NCBI RefSeq assembly: GCF_009914755.1
Contig: NC_060926.1
DNA from: the human T2T-CHM13v2.0 reference genome, Homo sapiens
Direction: 5' to 3' (one strand)
Length of the DNA stretch: 64,000 bases
The translations under genes and the position numbers were made by a program. Positions 1 to 13,869 of this stretch are shown piece after piece (the stretch's first letter is position 1; each line of letters opens with the position of its first letter). The notes beneath the pieces are model-generated. The model did no database searches and was not told the DNA's origin. It saw nothing but the letters and a program-made list of their open reading frames with translations.

Positions 1-400
1 CAATTTAATGATCCTGTGCTGTTCTAGAGCTGTGCAGATAAAGCCGCTGGTTCAGGCAACATCAATGGCTGTCTCACTGTCTCCTGTTGAAGCTGGAAAA
101 TTCCTGTTACTCTAAGTCTAGCTTGGCCTCTCAAGTAGCCTCTTCACAAAGAGCCAGACAGGATGTAGACTCCTGTCCTTGCAGAATCCAGAGCCATACT
201 GCTTTCTCTAGTCTTGGGGGTACACACCCTTGTTGGCAAGCTTTTCTTTGCCATCCTTGAAAGATGAAGGATCCTGCACCTCCATTTCTCAGACAAGCTC
301 CACTGCTTCCATGAGCCTAGGCCAGGAGTTCCAGATTGATAGCTGGTGTTACTTGCCAAGATATTTTGTTTGTGAGGCAGAATATTACTGAAAATAAGAA

Positions 401-682
401 AAGGTTGGCTGAAGATATAAAATTTCAGTTAGACTGGAGGAATAAGATCAGGAGATCTATTGTACCACATGGTGACTACAGTTAATAACTATGTATTGCA
501 TGCTAGAAACTTGCTAAGAGAGTAGATTTTAAGTGTTCTTACTACAAAAAAATAAGTATTTGAGGTAATGAATATGTTAATTAGCTTCCTTTAGCTATTT
601 CAGAATGTATACATATTTCCAAACATCATGTTGTACATAATAAATATATACTTTTTTTTTGTCAATTGAAAAAATACATTTA
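401..682 (+). mobile_element. L1MA-type LINE-1 3' end fragment
   Basis: Typical L1MA 3'UTR: aatttcagttagactggaggaataag...gagatctattgtac...gagagtagattttaagtgttct...aaacatcatgttgtac. Confidence 0.85.
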
Positions 683-1034
683 AAACATCTTTTTGGAAAA
701 GGATTTGATGGTGGTTGACGGGCAAGCACTCCTCCTCCTGGGGCAGGCAGGCCTGCGAGGCACTATTCTTGGCTATGGACAGTCGCAGGTCCGGAATCAT
801 GAGAGGCTGCCCACTTTCCCATGGGGGCTGGGGTGCGATATCTCACAGATTGTTCAACTCTCCCTGGAGGCTCTCACTCATGTCTTTTACCGAAATAAAA
901 TACAATGATTAAATGAAATAAAACACAAGATACACGGCTGGTGGATGGCCCTGTCTTATTTTAAATTATGGCCTTTTTCTCTGTAGAAGAGGGCTGTGGA
1001 TCATGAGGATCCCACGGAAGTCTCCTCCTGCAGC

Positions 1035-1160
1035 ACCACCATTTTACGGTTGGGGACTTTGAAACACAGAGAGATCAGCTGGCTTGCCCATGGTCCCTCA
1101 GTTGGTGGCCAAGCTGGGACCAGAGTCAAAGCCTCCTGCCTTCCAGCCCAGAACTCATTT
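1035..1160 (-). mobile_element. MIR fragment
   Basis: Antisense MIR core: ccattttac...gaaacacagagag...gcttgcccatggtc. Confidence 0.65.
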
Positions 1161-1309
1161 CAGAATATTGCAACTCCAAGACTCACTTTTTACCTCAAGA
1201 ATTTTACTGCTAATTTGTTTTTCTTCTTATCCCATTAGCAGATGTAGTTTTTCCCCTCCAGTTTTCCTGTCAACTCAAGGCCAAATAGTTCCTTCCACAT
1301 TCAAAATAA

Positions 1310-1475
1310 GTCACATATTTGCTACTATATATGAGGTCCTGTGCAAGAGCTTGGGGAACATTAAGGGTGAATAAGAGAGAAATCTAAATTCTCAAGACAT
1401 ACACATTTTAGTGGGAGAGACATGAATAATACACATAAACATACAGCAACGTGCTGGGGAGAATGCTAGGAAATG
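1310..1475 (-). mobile_element. L2 3' fragment
   Basis: Degenerate antisense L2 end: ggggaacatt...gtgaataagagag...cattttagtgggagagac. Confidence 0.5.
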
Positions 1476-2239
1476 TTCAGTTTGTAAGTTCAAGGATAGG
1501 AAAATTTTGCTAAAAGAGAAGGGAGAGAGAAAAGTGAGCTGGTAGCAGGCCAAGCCAGGTTTTCATCTAACAGATCCACTTATGACTAAAAAGCTCTGTT
1601 TGGAGGCTCCTCTTGTCATTAGAAATTATCAACACTCTTGGTTTCCATGTTGGTGGGAAAAGCTGTGGCTGTCACAGAAATAGGGTGTGGATATTTTAAA
1701 ACAACAGCTTGAAAAAAGTGTCTCTGTTTTCCATGCAATCACCATTTTGGGCTCTGAACAGGAGCCCCACATTGCCTGTAAGTTCATCTTTCTCCTTGAA
1801 GTTACTCTTCATAAATTTTCTGAAAGCCTCCTCTTTTGAATATATGAGGTGTCTATCAAGGCAGCACAGACAGGACCACTTGAATTTGCAACATAGAACA
1901 GAACAAACAAAAAGTTCTGTTTCAGATTAACTAGAAAATTTATTCAGTGGAATATTTATGCTTTACATAAAATGTAATATTCTAACACACATGGTCCTAC
2001 ATTGTAAAATAAATATAATTTTTCCAGGCTGAATTAAATAGGATTTCCTCTGTGTTCTCACAGTATCTGTGCATGCCTCTATTACTCAGTGATAATTTGC
2101 CCAGGGTTTATTTAGCAGCTACTATGGTAATAGGTAGTGTAGTAGACATTGAGGTATAGAGACTTAATGAGAAATTGACATGGTATTCTCATTATTACTG
2201 AATATAAAATTGTAACCATAATTATAAGGTGCTGTGGGA

Positions 2240-2640
2240 AGTGTAATAAACCCTAAAAATATAAGTGGCTCAACACAATAGAAGTTCATTTTTAACGCCC
2301 ATGAAGTCTAAAATGTGTTTCTAATTAGTAGGAGATTCTCCTTTCATTAGTAATTCGGAGATCCAGTTTTTTTCCCATCTAGTGACTCCATTATCTTCAA
2401 TATCTGGCTTCCAAGTTTATCTGGAGTGTCAAGAAATGGACAGTAGAGAGGAGAGAGTGCATCTTCCTCAGAATTCCCTTGGCTTAGAAGTAGCCACTCG
2501 TCTCTGTTCATAATCCATTGATTACTTTTAGCTACTAGAGAAGCTGGGGAATCAAATCCCTGGCTAGGCTTTGATTGTTGTTGGCCTTCCAACAACAGCT
2601 GTATGCTATGCAAAGGGAGCAAGAGTCTTTGATGGCCAGC
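2240..2640 (-). mobile_element. MLT1 (J/K-like) MaLR solo LTR
   Basis: Antisense MLT1 3' end (agtggctcaacacaatagaagttcattt) and cataatccattg...gaagctggg motifs. Confidence 0.65.
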
Positions 2641-2679
2641 TACCGCCCATGCTGCTGTCTTGAGTTTGGTTTGTGTAGA

Positions 2680-3080
2680 AGTTGTGGCGTCCAGCTTCCT
2701 GTGTGGCTGGGGGATAGCCCCATAACTAAGTTCTGGCCAGTGGGAGAAATGTGGAAGTGTTGAGGAGCCACCTTCAAGAAATACCTTAATATCAGCTATG
2801 GCTCCGTTGTCCCTTTCTTCTTGATCACTCTCTACTCTGTGGCTGGAGCCACAGCCGCCATCTTGGATGCTGTGAGGTTGAGGACCACATCCAGGATGGT
2901 AGTGGTAGACGGGAATGTTCAAAAATGCCTGAGGCTGTGAAAGTGTTTGGAGCAGAGCAAATGACCTGGACTACCCCTCTCAGATTTTATGCGAGGAAGA
3001 AATAAATTTCAATCTTTTTACAACATGTGTGACTGTGGGATTTATTAATTCCAACTGAACCTAATCTTAAGTGATTTAGA
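2680..3080 (+). mobile_element. MLT1 (I/J-like) MaLR solo LTR
   Basis: aagttctggccagtggg, gctggagccacagccgccatcttgga, gaaataaattt, terminal gaacctaatcttaagtgat. Confidence 0.7.
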
Positions 3081-3188
3081 GGGTAATGCTTGTAAAAGGC
3101 TTGGAATTGTATTGCGCTTGGAGTTACATGGGGAGTTCTGAGTGTTGAGAATCTGATGTTGCTGTGATGTAAGGCACGTGGCCTAGGG

Positions 3189-3387
3189 CAGGGGAAGGCA
3201 GACATTTTCCATAAAGGGCCAGCTAGTGAATATTTTAGACCTTGCAGGCCATATGATCTCTGTAGCAATTATTCACCTCTGCTATTGTACTGTGAAAGCA
3301 GCCATAGAAAATGGTGTAATGGAATGGGGTAGCTGTGTTCCAATAAAACTTTATTTTTAAAAATAGATGGAGAGCCAGATTTGGTCT
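3189..3387 (-). mobile_element. MER58A (hAT-Charlie) non-autonomous DNA transposon
   Basis: cagggg start; aaagggccag...aatattttag...aaagcagccatag...gctgtgttccaataaaactttattt. Confidence 0.85.
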
Positions 3388-3709
3388 TAGAGAATAATCA
3401 CATTGAGCCCCTCAATACCTTGTGTGATGTTTTTTTTCTAGCTATACATACAGGTATGTGACATGGTGTCAGGAAGACAGTATAGGTTCGATGGCATCTG
3501 TGTCTGGTCAGATGTGTGGGCTAACCCAACCCTCCAGCTGTGCTTACTTCCACCTACTCTGGGTGCTGAGGGGATAATCATCTAATTTCCTCCTACTGAC
3601 AGATTCCAATTTTGACCTTTAATAGGAGCTTTCAGTTTTTTAAGCAAAAGAAGAGACTAGTAGTGGAATGTTTCTAGAAGCTTGAAGTCAATAAAAGTGG
3701 GAAGTTTTT

Positions 3710-4097
<388 letters not shown>

Positions 4098-4219
4098 TTA
4101 GTATATCAAAAAAGAAAATGTTGCAGTATTTGGGGGTATGCATTCATGATGAAAAGTGCTTTGAAATAAGGGTAGAAGCTCTTATTTGGTTTTTTACTTT
4201 GCTGGGGCAAAGTGGCAGG

Positions 4220-4365
4220 GAAAACCAGTTATTCCTTCTAAGCCTTAACATATTCATCTTTAAAACGGTGACAATGCTATCAATTTGAGAACTGTGCTGT
4301 GAGAATTAAAGTAAATTTAATCAAGACTACAAAGTGTCTATGTAATAAACAGGGGCTAAATATGC
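4220..4365 (+). mobile_element. MIR fragment (degenerate)
   Basis: ttcatctttaaaacggtgacaat...gctgtgagaattaaa. Confidence 0.5.
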
Positions 4366-6819
4366 ACTTGTGGCTCAATGGGTATTGCAAAGAAATTACA
4401 TGAGTTTATTCCTCAACACCAAATCAGAAATGATAAATGATTTGGCCCATCTGTTTCACTCAAACTAGTGAGAGGCATTTATTTAACAAACATTTATTAA
4501 ATTCTTCCCATCTGCCGGATGGTATAATATAGATATGAGTTGATTCCTAAGGTGGGGAATCTGATACAATTGGTGGCATCTCACAGGACTCTTTGTACGA
4601 GCTGTAGGAAGATGTTTGTATGAGCTTGTAGATCTTCAGGTCATGGCCAATTGCTCTGGAGTAAATGTCTAAGAAAACACAGAAGAAAGACATTCTAAAA
4701 GGTGAAGAGGGAAAATTGACCTTTGAAAATACATTAGGTTTTATGCAGGAAAGAATTCAAATCATTGATCCGTGGTCAGGAACCACACAGACAGGAAGCA
4801 ACAATGTCAGGAATTAAAATGCTTAAACAAAATTGTGTCTAAGTAGATCAAAATGGAGTGTTTCTCAAATGGATCTAGAATGCCTTATATTGGGATTTGA
4901 ACAAACATTTGGAGAACTGGAAAGGGTAGACTCTGCAGATGTTTTCCGCAGACTCAGTATACTTTAAAGAGCTGAGCAAACCCTAAAATTCAGGAAATGC
5001 TCAGATAAATAGGAAAATTGTTAAGTGGAGAAAAATCTGTTTGCTTTCCTGACACCCTCTCTCGTCTAAATCAGTGATGAACATTCATCTAACCCACGCA
5101 TATAGGTCATAGAAACTTATACTGCTTAGAACTCTGAGAAGGTCTGGAATCAGAGAACTGTTAACTAAGCTTTTATCATTAATTGTTATGCTTCTTTTTT
5201 TTCCTTCTAAGCTTTTATTGAGAAAATTTCCCCACAGCTATAATTACGCTGAACAATGACAGAATTTATTTAATGAAGCAGAGAGCAGAAACTTTTTGAG
5301 ACAGCAAAATTTGCAACCAATTAAATATTAATGAAATATAGTCTGTCTCAGAATCCTTTTTTCACATTTGTCTTATCTCATACTTGCATTTAATCTACAG
5401 AAAGTTCAATCATTATTTATATTAGAATTAGTGAAATAAAAATGTATGAATAATTTCATGATTTTCCCAAGAGCAATTTTTCTGTACCAATTAAGAATAT
5501 GAATGGAAAAGAGGTTTAAAATCACTGTGAAGAACCGTACATTTCTAGATATTAAAATTGATGCTATAAAATTGTCACCACAATGAAGACAACCTTTATT
5601 CCTTGCTTTTTCCAGTTGTTGATTTCTATGAAAAGTTTTTATCTGTTAGTTGTAGAATAGATACATTTTGTTATCCATTTTATGCGTAACATCTCAATCG
5701 AGTCATATTTCATAAATTGACCAGGTAGTTTATTACATAGAGTATGTTACGTTAGGGTGCAAATTCCCCCTTTATTTTAGTTCTACAAATACCATACATA
5801 AAACCCAAACTTTCTTACCTTAGGGTGATTTGAAGAATTTTAAGTAACGAAAAGTACACAATGAACAATTATCAGTAGACTATGCATAGTAACTAAGAAT
5901 TGATGACAAAAGGGTGTATCAAACCATCAGATGCACAGGTTTCCTGGATTCCATGTGGATACCAAGGCGGGAATTTTATCTTGTCTTCCGTAAGTTCATA
6001 GAAGAATGTCTGGCATAAAACAAATTGAAAAAGTGTTAATTGATGACAGGACTATTTCCTATAACTCTGGGGTTTTAAAAGGGGCCCTCTGCCAAATCAC
6101 TCTTCCAATGTTGCTAATTTCCATATTGAATCTCTGTGTATCATTGTATGGTTATTTTTGTTATACTTGGATTTGTCCACTGGAAATATTCATCCTTAAT
6201 TGTGGCAAGCAATATTCCAATCTGACCATTAGCAACACACTAGAAAAGTAGTTGAAGCCACACTAGCCACTTACCACTGACAAAATAAATACAACTAAGC
6301 AATAATGGCTGAGAAACAAAGACAACTGGAATCATGTTCAACCAGCCTGAACACTGAAGGACAGCAGTGGAACCTGGAGCTTCAAGAATTTCTGAGATAG
6401 TTTCAGAAAGGGAAAAGGCAAGATTTGTTCATTTTGTCTCATTAGATACAAATGGACATAACTATTCAATTACCATCACAATGCCGTTGTGTACAGTACG
6501 GTACAATAGGGGACTTGGTTTTGAACTTTAAAAATATTGTCCTCTTTCATTGTGTTCCTGGTGTTAACCTCTTACTGTTTCCCTTGCTCACTATATTGAA
6601 GTAATATAAGTTCTAATAGAATCTAAGCCTAGAATTTGATATGGGACAAATCAGATGAATTTCTGGATTTATACCTTCATCAGTTTTGCTCATTTTGTCT
6701 TTCCATCTTTTTCTAAAGCTATTTACACACAATTTCCTTAAAAATTCTTCAAGTTCCTCTCTGCTAACCAATTCTTCTAATATCTGCTTCAAAACTCGCT
6801 TTTTGAAATACTTCATTCC

Positions 6820-6935
6820 AATTTAATTTAAGGAATTGATTGAGTGTGTGCCCACTATGTGCCAGGCATTTTGCTGGGCACTGAGGTTAGAGTATGAAAC
6901 AAAGCAGCTGTGATCTCTGCTTTCATGGAGTTAGA
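6820..6935 (-). mobile_element. L2 3' end
   Basis: gcccactatgtgccaggcattttgctgggcactgagg...ctctgctttcatggag. Confidence 0.75.
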
Positions 6936-7094
6936 AAACTTTCTTGTAAGACCTGGGATCAAGTTCAGAACAGTCACTTACCTACATAGCAAGATTATTA
7001 CCAGGATCAAATGAGTTTTGAAACAAAACAGCAAAAAGCATTAATAAAATGAGTAGGAATAAAAACTTATTTCCTTAACACAGTAAAGATTCAA

Positions 7095-7510
7095 ATCCAT
7101 AGGAGAATATTCTGAACAACTTTATCCCAATGAATTTGAAAACTTAAATAAAACTGATAATTTCCTGGAACAAAAGCATACATTTATTTTTAAAAGAGAA
7201 GAAAACTGAGTAAACTCATAACTGTTAATTAAATTGGGTAATCAAATTAGGTTACCGTAATTACATAATCAAAGTTTACCTTAGCAAGTGATACCAGGCT
7301 TCCCTGGTTTTCAGGTGAATTTTATGAAACCTTCAGGGAACAGGTGACTCCCATGCCAAACCAACTGATTTGAGAGTAGCAAAACAGAAGTTCTCTAACT
7401 TATTTTATGAGCCAATGTAATTTCAGCACCAAAACAAGAACAGAAAATTGTGATCAACTACTCATATTAAAAATCCTCAATACTATGTTAACAAATACAA
7501 TCTATTAATG
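7095..7510 (+). mobile_element. Old L1M ORF2 fragment (region upstream of and entering the RT domain), decayed
   Basis: Remnants resembling EYYEQLY..FENL, PG..GF.GEFY.TF.E, NSFYEA, KILN.ILAN. Confidence 0.75.
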
Positions 7511-8321
7511 TACACTACCGCATTCACCTTCTTGTCTTTGAGCTGCTGTTGTTTCCTTATCTGACTGTGGACAAAATACATACTTTACATGATTGTCATA
7601 AAAATCACACAAAATACTGTCAGTGAAAGTACTTAAAAATCTACAAGTTGTTACTGCCTTTTAATTACTGAGCTTGCTTGGTTGGGTAAGAGAGACAAAG
7701 CACAGTGAAAAACAAAATCCAGACTGATTTAAAGCAAGGCAAAACAAAAACTGGTAGAAAACAGGAAATGATGTCAGGCATCAAACCTTGGCTTCCTTTC
7801 CATGTTTAGAGCCATTTCCCATAAGAGAATATATATAACCGAGTGACTGGCAAACCGCAGGAAAGCTTCCATTTCCTTCCCGTCCCCGCTTAACTCCACT
7901 TAGTGCTCAGCAGTGGTTCCTCTGAGGCACTGCAAGGACTCATTAGTCCCCATACAGGGGATTTGCCCTGAGGTTCGTGGTTATTATCCTTGAAGTTGAA
8001 GAGGGCATGGGAGATGTTACTGTGTTTCCTTAGAGCAGGTTTCTGCAGTTAGGCATCACCTCCACTCAACGCTCCAGCCTCTCAGAGCACAGTGACAGTT
8101 CTGCCAGCAAGAATGCAAAGAGCAACCCACGGCAAGTAGGCCCTTTGGGCTCTGCAGGAATTCTGACCCAGCTTAAAGGGACAGTAATCACATTTATGTT
8201 ACCAACTGCCCCCTGCCCTCCTCCTGAGTAAATCATTAATATATGTCTCCATTTTTGTTCAACCAGAAGAGGGATTACAAGGTTCTGGCACAAACTAATG
8301 TCTATCTTGATAACCAGAGTC

Positions 8322-9406
8322 TTTTTGTTTTTGTGAGAACACTTAACATGAGATTTACTCTCTTAACACATTTTTAAGTGTACAATATAGTACTGTTAAC
8401 TATAGGCGCAATATTAATAGCGGATCTCTAGAACTTAGTCATGTCGTATAAATGAAACTTTACATCCATTGAACAGCACCTCCCCATTTCCTCCCAAATC
8501 CCTACCAACCACCATGCTACTCTCGGCTTCTATGAGTTTGACTGTTTTGGATGCCTCATATCTGTCGAATTTATATGGTATTTGCCTTTCTGTGACTGGT
8601 TTATTTTACTTGGCATAATGTCTTCCAGGTTCATCCATGTTGTTGCATATGACAAGATTCCCTTCTTTTTCAAAGCTGAATAATATCCCATTGTATGTAT
8701 AGATTACATTTTCATTATTCATTATCCAATGTTGGACATCACTAATCATCAGAGAAATGCAAATCAAAATCATGAGATATCATCTCACACCTGTTAGGGT
8801 GACTATTCTAAAAAAAACAAAAGATGGTGCTATGGTTTAAATGTGTCCCTCAAAGGTCATGTGTTGAAAACGTGATACCTATTGTGAAGGTGTTGGGAGA
8901 TGGGGCCTTTAAGAGATGTTGAATGCCATTATCAGAGAGTGGGTTCCTTATAAAAGGATGAGCTCAGGCCCCTCTTTCTCTTGCTATCACCACTTCTTTG
9001 CCCTTCCACCATAAGATGATGCAGAAAGAAGGCCCTCACAAGAGGCTGGCACCTGATCTTGGACTTTCCAGCCTCCAGAACTGTGAGACACAAATTTCTG
9101 TTCTTTATAAATTACTCAGCCTGAGATATTCTGTTATAGGAGCACAAAACAGACTAGGACAGTTGGCAAGGATATGGAGAAATTGGAAAACTTGTTCACT
9201 GTTGGTGGAAATGTAAAATGGTTGAGCCATTATGGAAAGCAGTATAGAGGTTCTTTAAAAATAAAAATAGAATTATCATATATTCCAGAAATCCCACTTC
9301 TGGGTATATAGCTAATAGACGTAAAATCAGGATCTTAAAGAAATATTTGTTTGATATCTGCACTCTTACGTTCACTGCAACATTATGTATAATAGGCAAA
9401 ATATGG
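8322..9406 (-). mobile_element. L1MA/L1MB-type LINE-1 with inverted 5' segment (3' part minus 8322-8739; inverted part plus 8736-9406), interrupted by an MST LTR
   Basis: Antisense 3'UTR/ORF2 end up to ggacat, then sense ORF2 C-terminal sequence cactaatcatcagagaaatgcaaatc...aaaatatgg. Confidence 0.85.
8828..9161 (+). mobile_element. MSTC/MSTD-like MaLR solo LTR nested in L1
   Basis: tgctatggtttaaatgtgtccc...ccagcctccagaactgtgag...cagactaggaca; flanks gatgg/gttgg. Confidence 0.88.
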
Positions 9407-9504
9407 CCACCTTTGAATTAGTGCTGAAAGCTCACTTTAATCTTTTCTTCCAGATCTGGGGTATTTCAATTCAAGTCTCAAGAACAGGGATCTGCTTTTC
9501 CTGT

Positions 9505-9600
9505 ATCTGACTGTGCCTTTAACTGGCTGTACAACCTTGGAAATCGTCCTTTCTATGCTGCAATTTCTTCAGTGAGGAAATAAGTATAGTCATAGCTAGG
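9505..9600 (+). mobile_element. MIR fragment
   Basis: actggctgtacaaccttgg...caatttcttcagtgagg. Confidence 0.45.
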
Positions 9601-10739
9601 TGATCATTGGCATCTTGACCCATAAATATATCTTCTCCAACATCATGCAGGCTGGAGTCATCACAGGTACCTGAGAACCGTGCTGCTACCTTGGCTAGGG
9701 ACAGGTATTCAAGGATGTGTGCAATCTTCTATTCCAGAGCAAGGTAGCTAGTTCCATTGCCACTTACTGCTTTGTGGTGTTCCTAAGTGGGGTTGAAGCA
9801 ACTTTTATACAGAACATGTTTTGATTCCACTGACTTTAACAAAGGGGATTTCCCAGATGGAGCAGGGTTGAATTGTTTGGTGGACCCAGTTTCCATGCCA
9901 CAACATACACTCACCCATGATCTCCTTCACAAGAAAATAGGAATGCATCATTGTTCTTTTGCACTCAAAAGCATTTGCAATTGGCACTCCTGTCTGTCAC
10001 AGTGACATGGATTGACCTACCCTCTGCAATCTATATGACTCCTAGGAACCATGGGACAGAAATTACAGTCGTTGAGAGGTCTCATGACATTCAGCTAGCC
10101 CATTCATCAAGGTCTCCACTTGCTTGCAAATTACACCCTGTTGCTCTCATCAAATGAGTCAGTGAGTTGAGGACATGCACAGTTTTTGCTTTAAAATACA
10201 AATTGAAAATGGCAGGAGGGATCTTGTCAGACAAGACATTAATGAAAAATTTGAAATATTCTGTAAAATCGAATGTTGTACCGTTTCATTAAAATTTAGT
10301 GAACTAATTCCAATATAGACATTTATAGATAGTAAACATTTTTATTACTGATTTTTATGTTTTATGAGCTCAAATTGATCTAAATTTCTCAAAGAAAGGC
10401 TAAGAATAAAGAAAAGAGCAGGCAGTAGAGGCATGTGGGAGGAGTTGCTCATACTAATTCTGAAAATGGGTTATCATCTTCATTTGTGTAGTCCTGCATA
10501 TAAACGTAGAAAGATTTACAAAAAACCAATTTTCACTACGATTTTAAAATATCTTGAAGCAAAAACACAGCCTTCAATTTTGATAACATTTTTGTGTGAT
10601 TAGATAGTTAAACTACATGAGGAAAAAGTGCTACATTTGGATTGGAAGAAAGAACAGAAACAACTCTAGAATGTATTGAGAATGCAGTTTGTATGGGGCT
10701 CAGTGTCTCTTTGAGAGTCCAAGTCACCTCTTTCTGCAG

Positions 10740-10940
10740 AGCAAGAGCTTGATATTTGAAGCCAACTTGAAGCAGCTCTGCCTTGACCAGTGGAGGTTCA
10801 CAAAAGCCTAAATATCCTCTTTATTTGTAAAATGGGATTATTGCAGAACCCATCTTGTAGAGTTCAGTAAGAGTCAAATACAATATGACCTGCTAAATAC
10901 CCAGCACTTTCTGAGACCCTTGATTAATTGTAACTATGAT
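10740..10940 (+). mobile_element. MIR fragment
   Basis: cagctctgcc...atttgtaaaatgggattatt. Confidence 0.55.
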
Positions 10941-11765
10941 TTACTTTATCTTTCCTAGGGTGGCAGCTGTAGTCTTCACTTGAAATTTTGATTTTTATTC
11001 CTTTCCCAAGTAGACATGATAAACTATAGCTAATTAAATGGTTGTGTTGTATAAAATGAAAACAATCAGCAACCCAGAAAATATCACCCCATCTTGAATA
11101 TACAAAACATAGGCACAAACTTTGTCTAGTGAGCATGAAATGGTTTCTTATTCCCAGGTGGGAGATGTTGCCAGAAAAAGACAACATTTATTTCCAGCCT
11201 TTATAGTTCAGGAGATATTTGAAAGTGAGATATAAGGGAAAAAAATTAAATCCAGTGCTGGAAGCAAGTCATTCAGACAGGACCCTATCTTCTGGGTAAA
11301 AGGAGGACAGTAATGTCCCTCCTACCCCCACCACACACACACAGTAGTCAAGCAGAAGGCGTTTGGATGAGAATACACAAGGAAGTCCAGCTTCCTTGAA
11401 CAATTTTTGTGTGCTTGCAAGATAGCAGTAAAAATATAACTGAGCAATGGAAGTGGTTTGTGTGTGAGCCCTGAGAAAAGAACTGGGACATTAGTGAGGC
11501 TGAGAACTTGCCAAAGCAAAAATGCTAGAGGCAAAGGTCACTAGTAAAAATGAGGTGAAACTTAGACACAGAGAGCAGATGTACTTCAGTAATTACTCAC
11601 AGCCTAGGCAGTGGATACTGATGCTTGTCACTGGGTATAACTAAGGGGTAGACCAGTGCCTACTGTGCTGTTTATAAATGAAGTTTAGTGTTTTTTACCC
11701 CCTTCCCCTAAAATTCCCCGACCTTTTAAAATTCTTTGGAAGCTTAAACGTCTTTTATAGGTAGG

Positions 11766-12131
11766 TGTGTTAGTCCATTTTTATGCTGCTGATAAAGACA
11801 TACCCAAGACTGGGTGAATTATAAAGAAAAGAGGTTTAATGGATTCACAGTTCCGCACGGCTGGAGGGAATCATCACAATCATGGTGGAGGGAAGGAGGA
11901 GCAAGTCACATCTTACATGGTGGCAGGAAAGAGAGAACTTGTACGGGGGGAACTTTGCTTTATAAGAACATCAGATCTCATAAGGCTTATTCATTATCCT
12001 GAGAACAGCACAGAAAAGACCTGCCCCCAGGATTTGATTACCTCCCACTGGGTTCTTCCCAGGACACATGGGAATTTTGGGAGCTACAATTCAAGATGAG
12101 ATTTGGGTGGGGATACAGCCAAACCATATCA
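11766..12131 (-). mobile_element. THE1 (B/C) MaLR solo LTR
   Basis: tgtgttagtcc...gataaagacatacccaagactggg...gagatttgggtggggatacagccaaaccatatca. Confidence 0.93.
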
Positions 12132-12249
12132 GTATACTTAAAGAGAGAGGCAGGAAATGAATGGTTTTAGTAGTATTGCTCACACTTAGCATTTCAGTGC
12201 TGTGACAGGGTAGGTAGTGCAAAGTGAGGGAACTAAGTTTGTGGGGAAA

Positions 12250-12788
12250 CTGCTATCTACTGCTACATGACAGTATTACCACAAACCTGGAAGCTGGAAG
12301 CCACACACATTTATTATCTCAGAGTTTCTGTGGATTAGGAGTCTGGGCATGCGTTAGTTGGGCCCTTTTTAAGGTTGCAAACTAGGTGTCAGTAAGAACT
12401 GAGTACTCATCTGAGGCTCAACTGGGGAAGGATACACTTATAGGCTTAGATGGTTACTAGTAGCATTGAAATCCTTACAGGCTGCTGAACTGAGGGCCTC
12501 AGTTTCTTGCCAGTTGTCCTCAATTTTTTGCCACATAACTGTCCATAGGGCAGTGCACAACATGACAGCTTGTTTTCTCAAAACCAAGAGGAAAGAGAGT
12601 TTTTCGGTGTGATAGTCATTACAATCTTATACAACATTGTGAAGGAAGTGAAATCTGTTCCTTTCGCTGTATTCCATTGGTTAGAAGCAAGTCGAACGTC
12701 CCACCCACAGTCAAGTGTGTGAGTTCTACAGCAGCATGACTCCAGGAGGAGCACATCATGGGCGCCAACTTAAGTCTGGTCAACAAAA
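12250..12788 (-). mobile_element. MLT1F-like MaLR solo LTR
   Basis: catttattatctcagagtttctgtgg...ctcatctgaggctcaactggggaagga...attccattggttagaagcaagtc. Confidence 0.8.
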
Positions 12789-12974
12789 CTACTGTGGATG
12801 GAGAACTATAAAGACATTGAATAATTAATTTTTTAATTTCACTCTGAGGCACATATTAATATGATTTTACAGATGAGTAAGACGAGCTTCTCAAATATGA
12901 AGACCCTTATTACTCCGCACTTGGTCCATAGCAACTCCCTGTAAACTTGTTTCTTTCCTTCTAGAAAATCCTCT

Positions 12975-13110
12975 CCAGTTCCATTTTCTACACAGCAACT
13001 AGAATGACAAAACAAATGTGATCACATCCATGTTCTGTTAAACAACCTTAGTGCTCCTCTTACCTCTTTAACATGATGGATACCATTGGCCCTTCATTAA
13101 ATTGTCCTCA
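12975..13110 (+). mobile_element. L2 fragment
   Basis: ccattttctacacagcaactagaatga...aaatgtgatcacat. Confidence 0.5.
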
Positions 13111-13869
13111 AACTACTGAAGCTTATAGTTTTTGGGGTCCCCTGGTGCCGTCCCCACAATGCACAATGCTCCTACACTTCCCCCATCTGAATGCAGGCCT
13201 CTTTTCCCTGCACACACTGAGCTTCATCTTCCTGACCCTCGGAGTTATCTGAGGCACCTGACTCCAGGTTCTAGAAAGTGAGATTCTCCATTATTTCTTC
13301 TCCCCACATTCCCTGGGCCTCACCTACCTGGAGATTATCTAGAGCTCTCAGCATGCTGCATGAAGAGCCTCCAGGTTTGAGTGGACCCCAGCTCCTGGGA
13401 GGCTCTCAGACTCCTTAGGAGCAACCCCAGTGACACCTTTCAGCATCAGGCGTCACTGCTGCATGCTCATTTCCTTCGCCAATCACTGCATAAACATGAT
13501 TTATCTGTTGTACAGAGAGGCAACAGAAGCATTAGAACATTTGAGCTCCTTTTCCTGGTTGGCTGGAGGGGGCACTTACTTCTAGTAAGCGAGGTATTTA
13601 ACATCTCTAGTCTATCATACACCAATTATTTAATATTAATTTTTATACATGCAACATTGGAGGACTAGGATTTGCTTACCTGTAAGGCCTTTTCTATCAG
13701 GATAGCATACTTTAAAGAGCCTGGAGAGGAACATAATTTTCCTTTTAAAAATAACAATTCCTGCCACGGAAGATGAATCCTGTAAGCATGCGAGCAGAGA
13801 AGCTGTACTGGATGAAGAAATCCTGTGCCCCTTTGGGTTCCCTTCACTATCTGACTGTCTCCTTCCCTC

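Noticed and set aside
2347-2922. 191-aa ORF
   Set aside because: Runs across two MLT1 LTRs, has a non-ATG start and resembles no known protein.
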